Origin: Octopus vulgaris
Lineage: Eukaryota
Length of the DNA: 64,000 nt
Direction: 5' to 3'
Assembly (NCBI GenBank): GCA_951406725.2
Contig: OX597815.1
Span: forward strand, 175,770,001 to 175,834,000
The notes below the pieces were generated by a model. The model ran no database searches. It saw nothing but the letters and a program-made list of their open reading frames with translations, and had not been told where the DNA came from. The position numbers and the translations under genes are program-made. This document shows positions 1 through 15,299 of this stretch, piece after piece. Every line of letters begins with the position of its first letter. Position 1 is the first letter of the stretch.

Positions 1-3000
1 GAGGAAACAGAACTATCAAGAAAGAGAAATTCCCCCCTGCTAAAAGCTGCAAATTTTATTACATTTTAGATGTTAACTACTTTTCATATCAGTAGAAAAA
101 TCAGAGAATCCAATCAGCCATATTTCAAACGAGACCTGTTACAAGATGATGGTCAGTTGCAAGAAGCCATGACGGAAGAAGCTGTTTAATAATTGCCTTA
201 AAAAGTGCAAAGCATATTTGCAGTTTTATGAAAAACTTGTAGACTGATATCTTGTAATGATCTGCGGCTAAATATGGAGAAAACTAACCAAAGCGTCAAA
301 CGCAGGAACACAACCCTGACGTTGTGATTCATTTCAGTAAACAGTAATAAGAGGCATTTTTCTATATGGTTGAGTCTGGAAGAAGAGTTAATGTCGTTGA
401 CCTTGGCAGGCCGTCCATGACCGGTGAGATGGGTGCCATGAATGTTATTCTTCTACCTTTGTAAAGGAAATGCTGCGAGAAAGACACGATCGCAGAGGGA
501 ACTTCAGAGGGCTGATATTCTGACGAAAGTGTGTGTGTGTGTTAATTAATATGATGCCTGGGGGATTGGCTATAATAAAAGTTATGAGAGGAAAAGAGAT
601 GAATAAGACGTAAATGCCTGAGTGGAATTGGTTTGAGCCAAGCTAGATTAAAGGAGCTTAAATATGCCTTGCTTCATAGTAACCAACCTCAAGGGAACCA
701 ATCAGTGAGTTCTATTATGGTGCTAATTCTCCAGCTTATTTTATGGCTGAATGTGAAATTCAGTGATTCATTGATGGGCATGGAGAACCATATTCTGAAG
801 TAGAACTGCAGCCTTTTAAAACAATAGGTGAAGATACGTTTATCCCAAGAATGCCAACCATTCAATGTAACACGCTAATTAGCTGTAAGATAATTGCGCA
901 TGGCAGAGCAGCTCAACGATGCAAGCAATCGTAGCACTGTACACCTGATGAGCTGGCACGTCGTGTATCAAATGCATTTTGAGGGTTTAGGCAGAAGAAT
1001 TTTTGGTTCCATTTCTTTGTATTTGTATGTCTTTGTATGACAGAATGTATGTGATCCGGCAACAGGCTGAGTATAGCTGTTGCCATAGTTTTATATTTTG
1101 TATTAATACTATGATGGAAAAAAAACGTCTGGCGATACGTGTGCATTCGTTGTTTTTCATCTTTTTACGTTGCTAATAGACTTGATAAAGGCAAGAACAT
1201 CAGGGAGTATAATACCCTCTCTTATAAATATATATATGTATGCAAAACAAAAATACATAATCTGAATGAAGTGAAAGTAATGTGGGATTTGTTAGTTATG
1301 GATAACTGAAGCTCAACTCAAGTTCACGCCTCTGTAGAATTGAATAAGAATTAAGACGTCTTATAGAAATAACTGAGAAATGGTTGCCGAAAGAAAAACT
1401 TGAATTATATATAAGAAACATGCCAGCTTTTTACGTAAGCTTGTAAATCTCCGTAAATGTATGATACGAATGAGTTTCATTTAGTAGTCATAAGTTTTCA
1501 TTCAAATGTTGATTCGAGTGTATGATGTTAATTTTTCGGGGTTATCTCAAATTCCGTCTGCTAATATTCTGTTTACGCGCAGTAAATGATCCTCGAGCTA
1601 CTCTTATAAATGAACTTAAAAGATTACTTTATTAATTGTCTGTAACTGACTGTGAAAATGAACAAAAATGCGTAAGCAGAAGCGTCTGGGCCATTTGCAA
1701 ATATTCTAAAAATATTTTCTTTATAATCTACAATATGTCCTACTACAGCAATTCTTAATAATGTAGAATACGAGGAGATACCTGGGAAATATAAAAAAAG
1801 CTACCCAAGGAAGATATCAACATATAGATGTTCCTGATTACATCTGCCCGAAAGTTTAAGAATGTGAACATCAACAAAATACTGCGAGAATGTGAAGATG
1901 TAAAAAGCAAAACAGATTTGCTTATTCCAGTAACATTCAAAAGTTATATACTGGTGGGTAAGTTTTTCTAAGGAATTGTTACAACAATAAAAGCTATGTA
2001 TAGAAAACTTCCGAAAAGCGTCTCTATATGAAGTCGTAATAGCAGGAAGAAAAACATCCACTGATCTTTTAGGCTGAGAGGTTAAGCTAATATTTGTGAC
2101 CAGTGAAGAAAGGTAAAACAAGACAGGAATAAAAATAAACCACTGGCAAAGTAGCAATGCTGTGTAAAAGATATTGAGTGCTGTTATTACAATGGAATAT
2201 TTGGTGTTTAGTAAAAGTAATTACTGAAATCACTTTAATTATTCCAAGTCGAAGAAAAATAGTAATTCTTTTTCCAAAGATTTTTTTTGGGGCTGATATT
2301 ATTTCCCGATTGTGTGACATTCATATGATGAAAGATATCTCCACGCAGAGGACATTGCTCTATCCTCGATAATTTGAATTCAACGTCGCTCTGTAACACA
2401 ACGAAACTCTCGGTTACTTACGAATCAAGCCACTACCTATTCTACCTGTATGGAGTAAGTTCAAATCATCCCCCGTGAATAAAATGTCTTGGCCACGGGT
2501 ACTAAGAGTATTGGTAACAGGGTACCAACTGCCGAATCTATTGGTTGGATGTCTGTTATTTTCATTATTCCCTCATCTGTAACCCCATAGAATGACTACA
2601 CATAAGTATATTTCTCCCACATCCCAACATTTAATCCATACTGGATATTTTCATCTCATCAAATACATTGTATTTTATATTCTGTTCATGTTTCGATATT
2701 TGCTCTCAGTTTCGATCCTCAACAATTTATGTCAAGTTTGAGAGTATTAACAAAATATTCTGATCATTCTACCACACACCTCAATTATAAAACTACTGGC
2801 TGCTAATCACTGTTCTGTTAATTCCCGTCCGGTAATGTATATAAATGAAAACTACTCCCCAGAAGTGCAAATACAACAATGTTGACAAGCACAGTACTGT
2901 AGATTTATACGTTATAACACAGAAACAATGCATTTTGTAGCTAATGAATGTGTTTGGAAGTATGGAAAATTATTGCTGAGTCAAAATATAAAACTATTCA

Positions 3001-4022
3001 TCATAATGAAATATGTCTTGAAACTGCGCCTCCAATTTTTGCAGATTTTTTTTTTCCTTTCATTAAAAGATTTATTCGAGAACTACTTCAAGTTAGCCAG
3101 GAACATCAACATCTACACGCTGAACAAACCGAACCTTTCTAATTATTGCATCTTAACTGGTCATTCAATCATTCTGTTTACATTTTCTTAAAGAAGATCA
3201 TTCATTTCTCCCGTTGTTTCTGGATTATTTATGCTTTGTTTTAGACATATAGCCTGTATTGTTCATGTTTTATCTCATATTTTTCTATCTGCAATATCGG
3301 ATGCAAAGAGGGAAACTCATAGCGAAACAAGAGAGGAGGAGGAGGAGGAGGAGAGAGAGAGAGAGATAAGAGGAGATAGAGAAACACAATGGGGGAAGCA
3401 GGAGGGAAAGAGGAGAGGAGAGAGTGAGAACTGCGATGCAGTGTCAACGAAATTCGCATACAACAGTCGGTCGTCATCCTAGTCTGACACTTAAAATTTG
3501 CACACTTTCATGCCACAAGCTAAACACAGCCTACTATTAATATCACAGTGGATAAAATGTTTTCAAACAACATCTGTTTTAATAATAACCATTGCCGAGC
3601 TTGACATCAAAGCCGACGAACGATCAATATATTGGGCCATGTGTTATCAAACAATAGTAAAGCTTGTAAGTAAATATATAGAAGGATTTTCAGCAAATAC
3701 TCTACAGCATTGTAAATAACTGATACTAAATGTTACTAATTTTTCTGGCTCCAGTATTCTCCATAAGAATTCCTAGGCCAAACAAGGATTTTCTTCTTTC
3801 AAGTTGTCGCAGAATGTGTAGGCTTCGATGATTTGTTATTCGAGGCCAACCATTAGAGATGGAGGTTTTTTTAAACAAAAATGTGCATAATATAGAAGTA
3901 AATACAGAATGGCATAAGTGTACACACACACATATATATGTGCGTATGCAAATGCATTTATACTCGCACCTATACACACACACACACATAGTGAGAAACA
4001 GACAAATAGATATGCATATACA

Positions 4023-4158
<136 letters not shown>

Positions 4159-4579
4159 GCCATATTTTTACTTTCTTCTGCCTATGATTAATGGGTATTA
4201 GCATGCGTGTAGGTGTGCATCCATCTGTGCATATATGTATGTATACGTGTGTATATGTATGTAAATAGCAAGGCAAATAATGTAAGGGTAGTTTTAAAAA
4301 ATCAAAGGAACACTTTCTTTTGTTACGACTAAATATTAAGCGTCAAATTTAGGTTAAGATGAACGTGTCGTCAGTATCCACGTATGTGTATGGCCGTATA
4401 GTGTATGTACATACATACATGAATGCATATGTATGTATATATATATAGGCATGTGTACGTGTATATACATAAATGCATATATGCATCCATAGACACACAC
4501 ACTCACAGACTCCTACACCAATACTCAGTATGGAATTTAGGGATTCTTTTTTTCCTATGTTATGATGAACTTCATTATA

Positions 4580-4666
<87 letters not shown>

Positions 4667-4770
4667 ATCCAAACAAGAAAACACAGAAAAAAAGGGAAAA
4701 AAAAAGAAAAAAACACAGCAACGCAGGACGTGGAACAATTAAAGTATTATTGACGCTCAGGAAAGAAGGG

Positions 4771-4836
<66 letters not shown>

Positions 4837-5428
4837 ATATTAATATTATATTTAATTCACTCAAAAAATATACATCTTTTCTTTAGTTTGTACACCATCC
4901 AAAATGGATGATATAACAAAAAAGAAATGGTATCCCTGGTTCTATAGAATGTTTCTCTGCGTCAAAATGGCATCGAATATATATAACTGGTGAAAGCGGT
5001 GAGGGAGTATTTGGACTTTTTGTGTATGTTGCGTAGGTATTACAATAATCGGACTTAGAGCTGAAGCTACATTTGTAGACTTGTAGACAGAATTATTCAG
5101 TTATTTGTCTGTAGATGTGGTATCCACTTGAAACCTTTTACATAGGGAAGTGTCGTGTATTGAACTACTGAAAAGAAAAGTTTCACAACGAGCTATTTTC
5201 TTTTACAGGACTAAAGAATATTTAATTGCTTTCCGCACGCGAGTAATCTGGTACGTTTCCTGTAGCCTCTGAGATATAAATACACAAGTCATTTACGCAT
5301 TTGGAGATATCATTGCCTCGTATGTCAGTCAGAGTGCATGTTTCAAGACAGTACTTAGCGCCTCTCTCTCTCTCTTTCGCATGCATTCTAAGAGTATTCA
5401 CCCGGGAAATATGCAAAAATGTTTCTAA

Positions 5429-6608
5429 TCTTTATATATATAAAACTAAGAATGTGTGTCTGTCTGTCTGTCTGTCTGTGTGTTTCCCTAAAACTTGAGA
5501 ACTCCACAACCAATTTCATTTAAATTTTACACATGCCTTACTTAGGGTCCGGGGAGTGTCATCGGCAAAATAAATTTTGAACTTTTTGCCTAAGGCAATA
5601 TCATATCTTCTCCACTACGATTCCCTAAAACTTGAGAACTACACAACCAATTTCATTCAAACTTTACACATGCCTTACTTAGGGTCCATGTAGTTTCATG
5701 GGCAAAAAGAATGTTCAACTTCTTGCCTAGAGCGAGCCCATAGCAATATCATATCTTCTCCACTATTTCAGTATTACGTGTTAAAAGTGAAACAAAAACA
5801 TTTCTCTATTTTACGTCAGATACTTTCACTTTCACTTTAACAATAAAAATAATAATAACAATTGAATTATATGTTGTAAGTAATAATTAAAATCGAACTA
5901 AAGTATAATATAATCGTAACATAACAAAAGTAAAAATAACAATTGGTATAAAATTGCATCAATGACTTGAACTTGAATAAGTGGTTTCACATGAATGGGA
6001 ATAAATTAAAAATAAAATTAGCGTGCAGAAATGGAATAGTCCAGATGGATAATAAAATATTAAATTAAAGAAAAGACTATTGTCTATAAAGTATACAATG
6101 TAGAGAAAAAAGAAGATTTGAACACATGGAGGAAAGCACCATCGAAAAGTGTCTTGTGCAACTATGAAAGATATCTAATCAGAGGCGGTAAATTCGCCAC
6201 AATAGAAGCAAGGTTCGAGTCAACGGAGCGTGCAAGGGAGTACTCGACTCGAACTTGCAAAGTGGAAATATTTTATTTTTACCTTTATATCTGGGACGTA
6301 GGACGTCCCGGAAAAAATTTAAATGCCCCCCCCCCCCGCCGCCACAGAAGTAGAGGTAGGCTGGATTGTAGCCACACTTCTATACAAGTGGGAGGACAAG
6401 ATACAATTGATCGAAATTACAAGAGACGGGCTAACAATTCCAGTCTGATATATATTTTGAGTATTGTTATCACTAGCGATATCAAGATATAACTTTGTAT
6501 TTTGTATTTTATGTGTAGATGTATATACATAGATGTACATGTAATATGTACACATATATATACATGCGCTAGCACTATGACCCGGCAACGACGAGTCTTT
6601 AATGCTAG
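5429..6608 (+). mobile_element. Non-autonomous Helitron-like element
   Basis: Starts TC after a host A (aa|tctttatatatataaaactaag), has a (GTCT)n tract near the 5' end and an internal ~137-bp tandem duplication (about 5484-5620 vs 5621-5765). Ends with an imperfect hairpin gacccggcaacgacgagtc followed by CTAG and a host T (A|T target, no TSD). Confidence 0.7.
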
Positions 6609-6984
6609 TATATTTATATTTTTTCCTTCTAATTTTTCTAATATACCCTGAGTTATGAAGTTGAATTGTCTGGTTTGAATTCTCATTGTCTTAATTCTGA
6701 CTATTCTTTTATATCTATGAAACATTTGATGATCTTTAATGCGATTTTAAATATTCATTGCTAAATATTGATAATAAATGAGTCGAATTACTGGGTAAGA
6801 GCAAAAATTCGAACTAGTTTTCAGTTGATGGTGTGTTTATACACGTAATTTCATTTTTCACTTGACAGAAGCATATGAGATTTCAACAAGTATTTCTGTA
6901 CAATTATTTTCTTGTGGATATTTTATTTATACCGAGTAAAGGAGGTAAGCGATGGAAAATGTCCAGAACTGACCAATCGGATGA

Positions 6985-7225
6985 ATGTTGTTTTCCTTCA
7001 GAAACGCTAGACATTATGTTTCCTGGCAGACTCGGCAGATATTGGTACAACTTGGCTGGGATGTCCCATTCCAATTCGCTGAAAGACTGTAAAATTACTT
7101 AGACCGGTTCATAACATAGGAAAATGACAAGTTCTGAGAGGATAGGATCATGAAACTGCCTCAAAGATGACGAAAGGTAATGGAACAAAATGGGACATGT
7201 GTGGGTGAATAGTTTCTGTTATTGT
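6985..7225 (+). mobile_element. Decayed mariner-family transposase fragment
   Basis: Broken frames read NAR...QTRQILVQLGWDV and later DRIMKLPQR*RKVMEQNGT, matching the mariner DNARPH...LGWEVLPHPPYSPD region and the C-terminal GIMKLPERWQKVIEQNG. Confidence 0.7.
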
Positions 7226-10200
7226 TAGTGAAATTAATAAACTTTAATAAAATGGAAAGGAAACCTTCTCATGTATCGACTGGTATGCTAACTTTTAGCA
7301 CAAGCGCCTCTTTTATACAACTTTTTCACTGAATACGAGTCCCACGATTTATCTGATATCTACCAGGGTCTGAGAGCCAATACTGATGGATCAATTCCTG
7401 TTTTATAAATCTGGATTTCATTACGGTATCAAGCAATCTAGAGAAAATGTTTGAATGAAAACCGACCACTTTATTTGAAATATTGCTTTGCTGCAAAGTG
7501 AAATGTAAATAATATTACATCTACTATTAAAGCAAGCAGTTAAACAATAACTGTGGTACCGTTTCATCGTACCCTTGATGTTAAGTTTATTTGTTCGAAG
7601 GAAATAAAAACTGTTTTCAGAGGAAAAAGAACAGATGTGATGTTCAGATTTTTGCGAATAACATTTGAATAAAGCGTATGAAATGGCTTCAAAGCAGAAT
7701 TTAAACGACGTCACAATCAGAGCCTGAGCAAAAGAATCCTTTATTCAAACTGCCACCTATTACGGTACAATACAATATTTTGTGAAATCTGGTTCTGAAA
7801 CACTACTTTCTAGGTTTATTCAATTTTTTGTACAATTAAATAAATCTATGTTCATTTAATTGTACAAACAGTTGTAAAAGTGGTTTCTGAAAAAGAACAT
7901 AACTAATGTTCCCCGACATAAAACACAAGCATGGGAACAGTGTTTCATAGAAAGACTATTAGATGTCTCGATTATGCAAGAGGAACAGCGTAATGTGGTT
8001 CGTTTGAGTTACACGTTTGATAAAATGTATCGTGTTTCATACCAGTTAATTATACAATTGTTATCAGTCTTTACAGAATAAAAGAGACATTTTATTAATT
8101 TGATTCGGCTCTTTTATTGTTATATGAAATCCTCTCATATAATTTCCAGTATGTGATTTGGTCTTCAAATATCAAAAAGAAAATGCTGCGAAAACATCTA
8201 GCTAAAATACTAATTTGTTAAGAGATAATTAATGGCCCCTGTGATGAAATGAAACGTTATGTTCTTGTGGAAAGCTTCGCTATTTATATAGCACTGATAT
8301 TAGTCATGAATGACCGTTTGCTTTCAGATTCCAAAAAGCTTGCTTTGCTGTCTGCAAGCCTAAATATTTCTCACCTCATTTAGTTAATGATTTACTTTTT
8401 ACTAATACACTCTTCTGGAATATATTCGCCAAAAATAACTTTTACCAGAAAATGTGAATTACTATTATCTAAAATATCATATGGAAAAAAACAACATTGA
8501 GACTATTTATCGCATGACATTTAGAAATAGGAATGAGAATTCACAGTATTCAGTGTTTATCTTAAACTTCAAAAAAAGGTGTAAATAAACATATATTCTC
8601 TCATCTACACCAACTCTGCTTGTCCTTTTGTCGCATTCTGGGTCTTAAAAATCCACCCTTCCAAATATTGTAATCCGGTAGATGGGGTTACACATCATGT
8701 CCCGTATTGCTTATCACTTCTCTCTACTTTTTAACGGCATTGAGAAACTTCATCTGATTTTTGAGAAACTGAAGTCTTTCACCTTGTCTTATCCCGTTTG
8801 CTAGACAATTTCTCGAGCAAGGAGACCACCGAACTTTGTGCCAAATCCCTTTTATGTTTCTTCTTTTCTATGGAACCATGTCCTTTTTAACTTACAACAC
8901 AAATGAGGAATGGCTGGTGCTTTAGTGGTGGTGCCTTTGTTCATGTATGTCGGAGATTGCCTTAGTAATTTCTCACTGTTCAGGTTCATAACTATATCTG
9001 TATATTATTCTTATTTTCCTATTTATCTTTCTTTTTTTTTTAATAGTTTCACATTGACTGCCGCTACCTTTTTTGTTTAGCGTCGTCTTCTACTCCCCAA
9101 GATGCGGCGCTATTAAAATTCTAAAGGACAATCTAGAATGAGAGTTTGCAAAACATACGAACACAATTGAAAACTAAGGATAGATTTTCTTTTTTTATTC
9201 CGTACGTGTAGCCGTTCAAATACTCGGGCATCGTTTCTTGATAAAAAAAAAAAATAACTAAAACCTTTTCTCCATCAAGTAAACGTGGTATCATGCAATT
9301 TTTCAGAAGCTCTCTTCTACGCGTCCGTCGATAGCAAAAAACAGCAACAATAATACATAAAAACTATTCAATTATCAGTTTCATTTTTGGTAATTTTTGG
9401 TATTTAAGTGAGTAATTTAGAAAGTTAATTTCATTTACTATTCTATAAAAAAAATATTCAGGAAATTGAGAAACAGTTAATATATAATTAGTTACTTTAA
9501 ACGAATATTGATATATTGCGCTGTCTTCTGCATTGCACGTAACATATAATAACATTTTAAATCAATATACTCGCAAATTAATTAGAAATATTGATTTTTT
9601 TCAAAGGGGTACGGGATTCATTTTCCCTTGTTCGCAGAAAAGAAACTACTGAAGGAAATCTAATATTCACAACAGAAGAACTGTGCTAAACGTTTGAAAA
9701 GATACTCGTTACAAATTATATTCTTTTTTGTACGTAGTTAATTCATAGTAAAAGGCTAAGCTTGAAGATAATCAGCAATCGCAGGAATAAAATATAAATG
9801 AGCATATTTATGAAAGAAAATAGATATCGTAATATATCATATTGCTTGCTTTCCAATGTGACTTGTGAAATGTGTGTTTAACATATGAATGCGTTCATCG
9901 TTAAATGATTCTCGGGATATGTTTTAATTAGATTTTTTTTTGTCTTTTATTTTTCTAACTCCCAGCATACAAAGTGGTTGCTCGAGGCCTGTTTTACAAC
10001 AAGTTGCACAGAAATGGTAGTGATTTCCATTACAAAAGAAATTAAGAAATGAGAATAATTTCAAGATCTTGTCAGGATAAAAATGTTCATATTTTGTATT
10101 TATTACCAGAGGTATCTTTATTAATTACCAACTGCACTCTATACTAATTATTAAGTGTTCATTGATCCCATATTCTACTTTATCTGTTTTTACTGTAATT

Positions 10201-11742
10201 AGCACAATTGTGTTAATTACAAATTTTTAACGACAACAGTGTCAGGGTATTTATTGCCAATCGACGAGGAAGAAAGATCTCAAATGGCTTCATTTTCTAA
10301 TCCCTAAATTTCGCTGATTTCTTTATCATCTTTGTGTAAAATGATAAAAGAAATTATGGAACCCTTATCAGTTTCGACGATCAACATTCAGTTTTTCAGT
10401 CATCTGAACATCCGATTAAGTTCCCCCCATAATCGGGTATACTTCTGGAGACGCATACCCTAGCTTCATCAGTGACCTGCTAAATTTTCGTTTCATTTGG
10501 TAAAATTGTTGTCAATCTGTCATGCTATCTTGACTCCAAACTTCGGGTGTGTTGGGACAAGTAGAAATTCTGTTGATCAATGTGACAAAACTGCATTGAC
10601 ACTTGGCAACTGATGGAAAAGTATGATGACCTTGTTTCTATCCCGTCCTCTTTGTTTTAAATGTTTTACGTCTGTCGTTTTCCCTACTTAATAGAAATCT
10701 CACTCAAAAGTTTTTATTCTACATTTATGTTAATTTTTAGCGTCCAGCCCTTCTGCTCATTTCGCCTTATTTCTCGTCTTCCCTCCCTCTGTTACTCTCT
10801 CATTTTCCCTTCTTACTCCTGTTCATTCTCTCCCTTCTCTTCTTTCTAACATTCCCACAATACCTTTATGACTTCCTTTGATTCCCGTTGTTCAGAGAAA
10901 ACGTAACTGGATTCCTTTCCCATAGAATAACTCACATCAACAGTTGCCAAAGCAGTCACGAATCAGGCAAACACTTGTGGAAAATAGCTTGACAGGCCTT
11001 TCATGACACGTCACAAATTATTAAATATATATTTATGAACGACACAGCGTAAATCAGAAAAAAACTAAAATAAGCTAAAACATTGTAAAATCTCGCTATA
11101 AATAAAAGTGTAAATGCATTTTTTCTATGTTATTGATGAGCAGTAGAAAGTTGAAATATCCCCAACTCCGACAGATTCTTTAACGGTTTACTGACCATTA
11201 CACAGACAGAACATAAATGGTTTCCTTTATAGAACAGTTATAAACTGGGCTGGCATTGGGGATAAATAGCCTGACTTGCATATTTTAACTTTTGTAGGCT
11301 TGTCATTAACAATATCAAATTATGCACAACACAGCGTAAATCAGAAGTTAGATACAGAGAAACCAGCCTGTGTCGGCAGAGTGAGAGAGGGAAACTCATC
11401 TCTTAAAGAATGCGAAATGCACTGAAACTTCTAGGCTGAAAAAATAATATATTTATGAAATAAATAAAGTTTACGTATTCGACCAGTTTTGGTTGTTTCA
11501 GCTATTCGTGACTGAACAGTTAGAGATGATCATTACTTGTTCTTATTATGGTAGGCATGAAATTAAAACATCACCACTAATTGCTCCATAATGAATAACT
11601 TAAACAAGTGAAAATGGTCGATTATGTAGACATTTTTAGTTCAAAAATATATTTTCATCATAAAAATTTCCGTGTATTTTCCATTTTACTTTTACTATAA
11701 TTCACATCGTAAATTTTGTTGAATCTTTTCATACATACCCGA

Positions 11743-11777
<35 letters not shown>

Positions 11778-12409
11778 AACATACACACGCGCACACAAAA
11801 ACAAACACACACACACACGCACGGAAGTTAAAGAAATCGATAAACAAAAAATGATATTATGGTCAGAAGTCCGGTACGCTCAGACTGAAATCTTAAAGGT
11901 TTTGTTTGAAAAATGAAAAGCAAAACGATTGAATATAAGTTATACATACAATTTACTTTTCCGCAAATAACGATTAAGCAATTCCAACAGGGTTTGAATT
12001 GAGAATATAAACGCACACAGCGCAACACCATTTCTGCTACTTTGACATGTTTCTAACATAAAGACAAAACCATAACCTCAGATGTAGTCACGACATAATA
12101 TTAATAATGATGATAATTAATAACAGTAGTAGTAGTAGAAGTAGTCCTTTCTACTAAAGGTACAAGGCTTAAAATTTTGGGGGAGAGAACTAGTCGATTA
12201 CATCGACCCTAGTGTTGTTATTTTTATTAATATTAATATTAATATTTGATGAAAACTTTCAGCTTATTTTGCTGGGCATGATGGAAAGTGTCAGCTGCCT
12301 ACAGCGTGGAGACTAAGGTGACACTTGTTTACTAGTCATGCTTCAAGAACCCTGCAAAGAATCAATATTCATATACACACAACAGATTAAACTATTGGAA
12401 AAGAAAAAT

Positions 12410-12646
12410 ACCTGACATCGAGCTACAACAAGTAAATTTAGATACCAAGAACCCATCTAAGTATCCTAGCTGTCCCTAATAACACTGTTTTCTGCAGCTG
12501 CGCTAAACTGGTTTTACGCCTATTCCCTCTACGCATCTGTTCAAATCTTTAGGGATAGTTCCTAACGCATCCAAGATTTATGGGATGCATTTTATCAGCA
12601 CTTTCCATAGTCTCTGTAATTCAAGCGTTAGGTCCCGGTACTTTGC

Positions 12647-12647
<1 letters not shown>
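12410..12647 (-). mobile_element. R4/Dong-type (RLE) LINE 3' fragment
   Basis: Minus strand reads KYRDLTLELQRLWKV...ALGTIPKDL...QLQKTVLLGTARIL, the C-terminus of restriction-like-endonuclease LINEs; abuts an (ATT)n tract. Confidence 0.7.
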
Positions 12648-12685
<38 letters not shown>

Positions 12686-13343
12686 CTTTGCACAGATTCT
12701 AACGCTGGAGATGTACTACGATGTCAGCTGTTCACTACCAGTGAACTACAGTAACACCTCTTATTTTTCAAGCACCTTCCAGAGTGTTCAAGGGGTTCCA
12801 AGCAGTGCTGTTTTCTGCAAGTGCTCCACCCTTATTGCAACCCCTATTTCTTCCACGTATTTCTCGAGATTTTTTGCACATCTGCTTAACCTCCCAAGCT
12901 AACTTGTCATAAATATCGACTTTTCTTTCTTCCTTATCGTATACCTTGTTGACAGCTGGGCATGCTATGTCTATGATCCAACACAGTTTGCGTTCTTTCT
13001 CAATTAACACTATGTCTGGCTTCCTATTCTCTATTTCATGGTTGCACTGAATCATAAAATCCCATAGGATCGTTACATTAACATTTCCGATGATGCCTTC
13101 GAGTTTCAGTTCGTACCACTGTTTTGCTTTGTCAAGTTCATGCTTGTTGCAAAGTGTCCAATGGACAATCCCTGCTATATTGTCGTATCGTTTCTTATAT
13201 TCCTTCTGGGCTAGTGGCGTACATTGACTGGTAATATGTCATACAGTTTTACCATTTGCCCACAAATTCTGCATTTATCACTTTCTGTTGTTTTGTCTAT
13301 TCTGATTCTGCACTTATCACTTTCTGATGTGTTGTCTTTTCTG

Positions 13344-13345
<2 letters not shown>
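12686..13345 (-). mobile_element. R4/Dong-type (RLE) LINE 3' fragment
   Basis: Zn knuckle CRICGQ..., ENRKPDIVLIEKERKLCWIIDIACP (PD-(D/E)xK endonuclease). Same family as 33395-34302; bounded by (ATT)n on both sides. Confidence 0.85.
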
Positions 13346-13400
<55 letters not shown>

Positions 13401-13419
13401 GTTATTATTATTATTATCA

Positions 13420-13680
13420 GAAGAAACGGAAAATATTGACAATGCACGATGCATTCCGTACCAAGAGTGACACTGATAGGTTGTAATTGTCCAAAAGAAA
13501 GGGTGAGAGGGGTTCGAATAGCTGTCAGAATGATATAAAAGCAGAGGAAAACAGCTTAGGGTGGTATTTAAACAATACTGTTGGACTATTTTGGAAACAT
13601 GTGAAAAATTCGGGTGTCGTCAAAATTGATAATTGTGTAAAGAAAGGAAAAATTAAAGAGGTGAAGTACTTGAAGAAATG
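13420..13680 (+). mobile_element. R4/Dong-type LINE internal fragment
   Basis: Reads PKSDTDRL*LSKRKGERG, resembling the post-RT HPKSDVDRLYLPRKEGGRG motif. Confidence 0.55.
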
Positions 13681-13717
13681 TTATGGCTTGTTTTGCGCCA
13701 AGCCGATCTTCATGGTG

Positions 13718-13980
<263 letters not shown>

Positions 13981-14023
13981 TTCTATATATTCAACCACGT
14001 GCTTTCACAAACCAACTTTCTCA

Positions 14024-14092
<69 letters not shown>

Positions 14093-15029
14093 GTATATAT
14101 ACGAGCAAAAACATTTGAGTGTCTACACTAGAAGTAAGATGTTACTATTGTTAACATCATCTGCGGTGAATGTTTTAAATTGATGATATTAACAGCAGCA
14201 ACACAGGCGGTTCAACCGGTCTAATAGCATTATATTGATATAAAATTTAAAGTTAGCACAAGGCATGAGGATGCAGGAAAAGCATTCGCCTGTTTAGAAA
14301 TAGGAGCTAAAGTCTGAATTCAACCGCCAGAAGGCACCAAGTACCAGAAAAACTACAGTAGGCGAGGAAATGGATACAAAATGAAGACGTACAGAACCCA
14401 AAACCATGGTATTTGAGTATCTGAATGGCATTTTCTTTAAAGGTATGCTATTTTAAAGAAAACAGACACAAGAGCTATTTTAGTGCAGCTCTATAAAACA
14501 ACTCGGACACGTAGGAAGGTTGTTGTTGTGGGCCGATATTAGGAATTTCGTTCGAACAGTTTAATCTGATGTGCATAAATGAAACAATGATAATAAAAAT
14601 AATGATGATGAGTATGATGATGGGTGATGATGATGTTGATGATAATGATTTTGATAATTATAAACGTGGTGATAATCATAATAACGCTGATCATAAAATT
14701 TAGTCTAGGTATCCGTGAAAATTCCACGGTAAATACGTAAGTTTTAAGAGTGTTGTTTATGCAGAGCTACCAAAATTAGTGTTTCTTTATAAATTGCATA
14801 TTCAGCATAACCTTCAATCAAAAACACCTTTCCGTACATCAGAGTGAGGCTGTAATTAAGGATTCATGATTTTTTTATATTTCTCTCAGCAATTCAGAAC
14901 TTCATAATGATTACAGAGAATATTCACGTCACTAAAGTCCTAACTTTCAACCATATGTTTACCGTTCTTGTTTCTTGACGTTTTGTTATTTCATTATTTA
15001 AATATGTAGAAATCTATTTCCTTGAAATA

Positions 15030-15238
15030 ATGGTTTCGAATTTTGGCACAAGACCAGGAGAGGGACAAGTCGATTACATCGACCCCAGTATTCAGCTGGT
15101 ACTTATTTTATCGACTCCGAAATGATGAAGGGCAAAGTCGACCTCGACGGAATTTGAACTCAGAACATGAAGAGACGGACGAAATGCCGCTAAGCATTTT
15201 ACCCAACGTGGTAACCATTCTACAAGCTCGCCACCTTA
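15030..15238 (-). mobile_element. tRNA-derived SINE family A copy
   Basis: Reverse complement of the recurring ggcggcgagctggcagaatcgttagcacgccgg...gagttcaaattccgccgaggtcgactttgcctttcatcc unit. Confidence 0.85.
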
Positions 15239-15299
15239 GTGCCTTGAAATAATAAGTAGTTAGCACGCAATATTTATTAGTAATATATATTTAATTCAA

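Noticed and set aside
940-990. acacCTGATGAgctgg as a hammerhead
   Set aside because: No stem II-GAAA-stem III follows. The region may instead be a decayed Tc1-like transposase C-terminus (TPDELARRVSNAF), too weak to call.
10440-10480. Minus-strand CTGATGA...GAAG motif
   Set aside because: The second core box is wrong and the stems are unconvincing.
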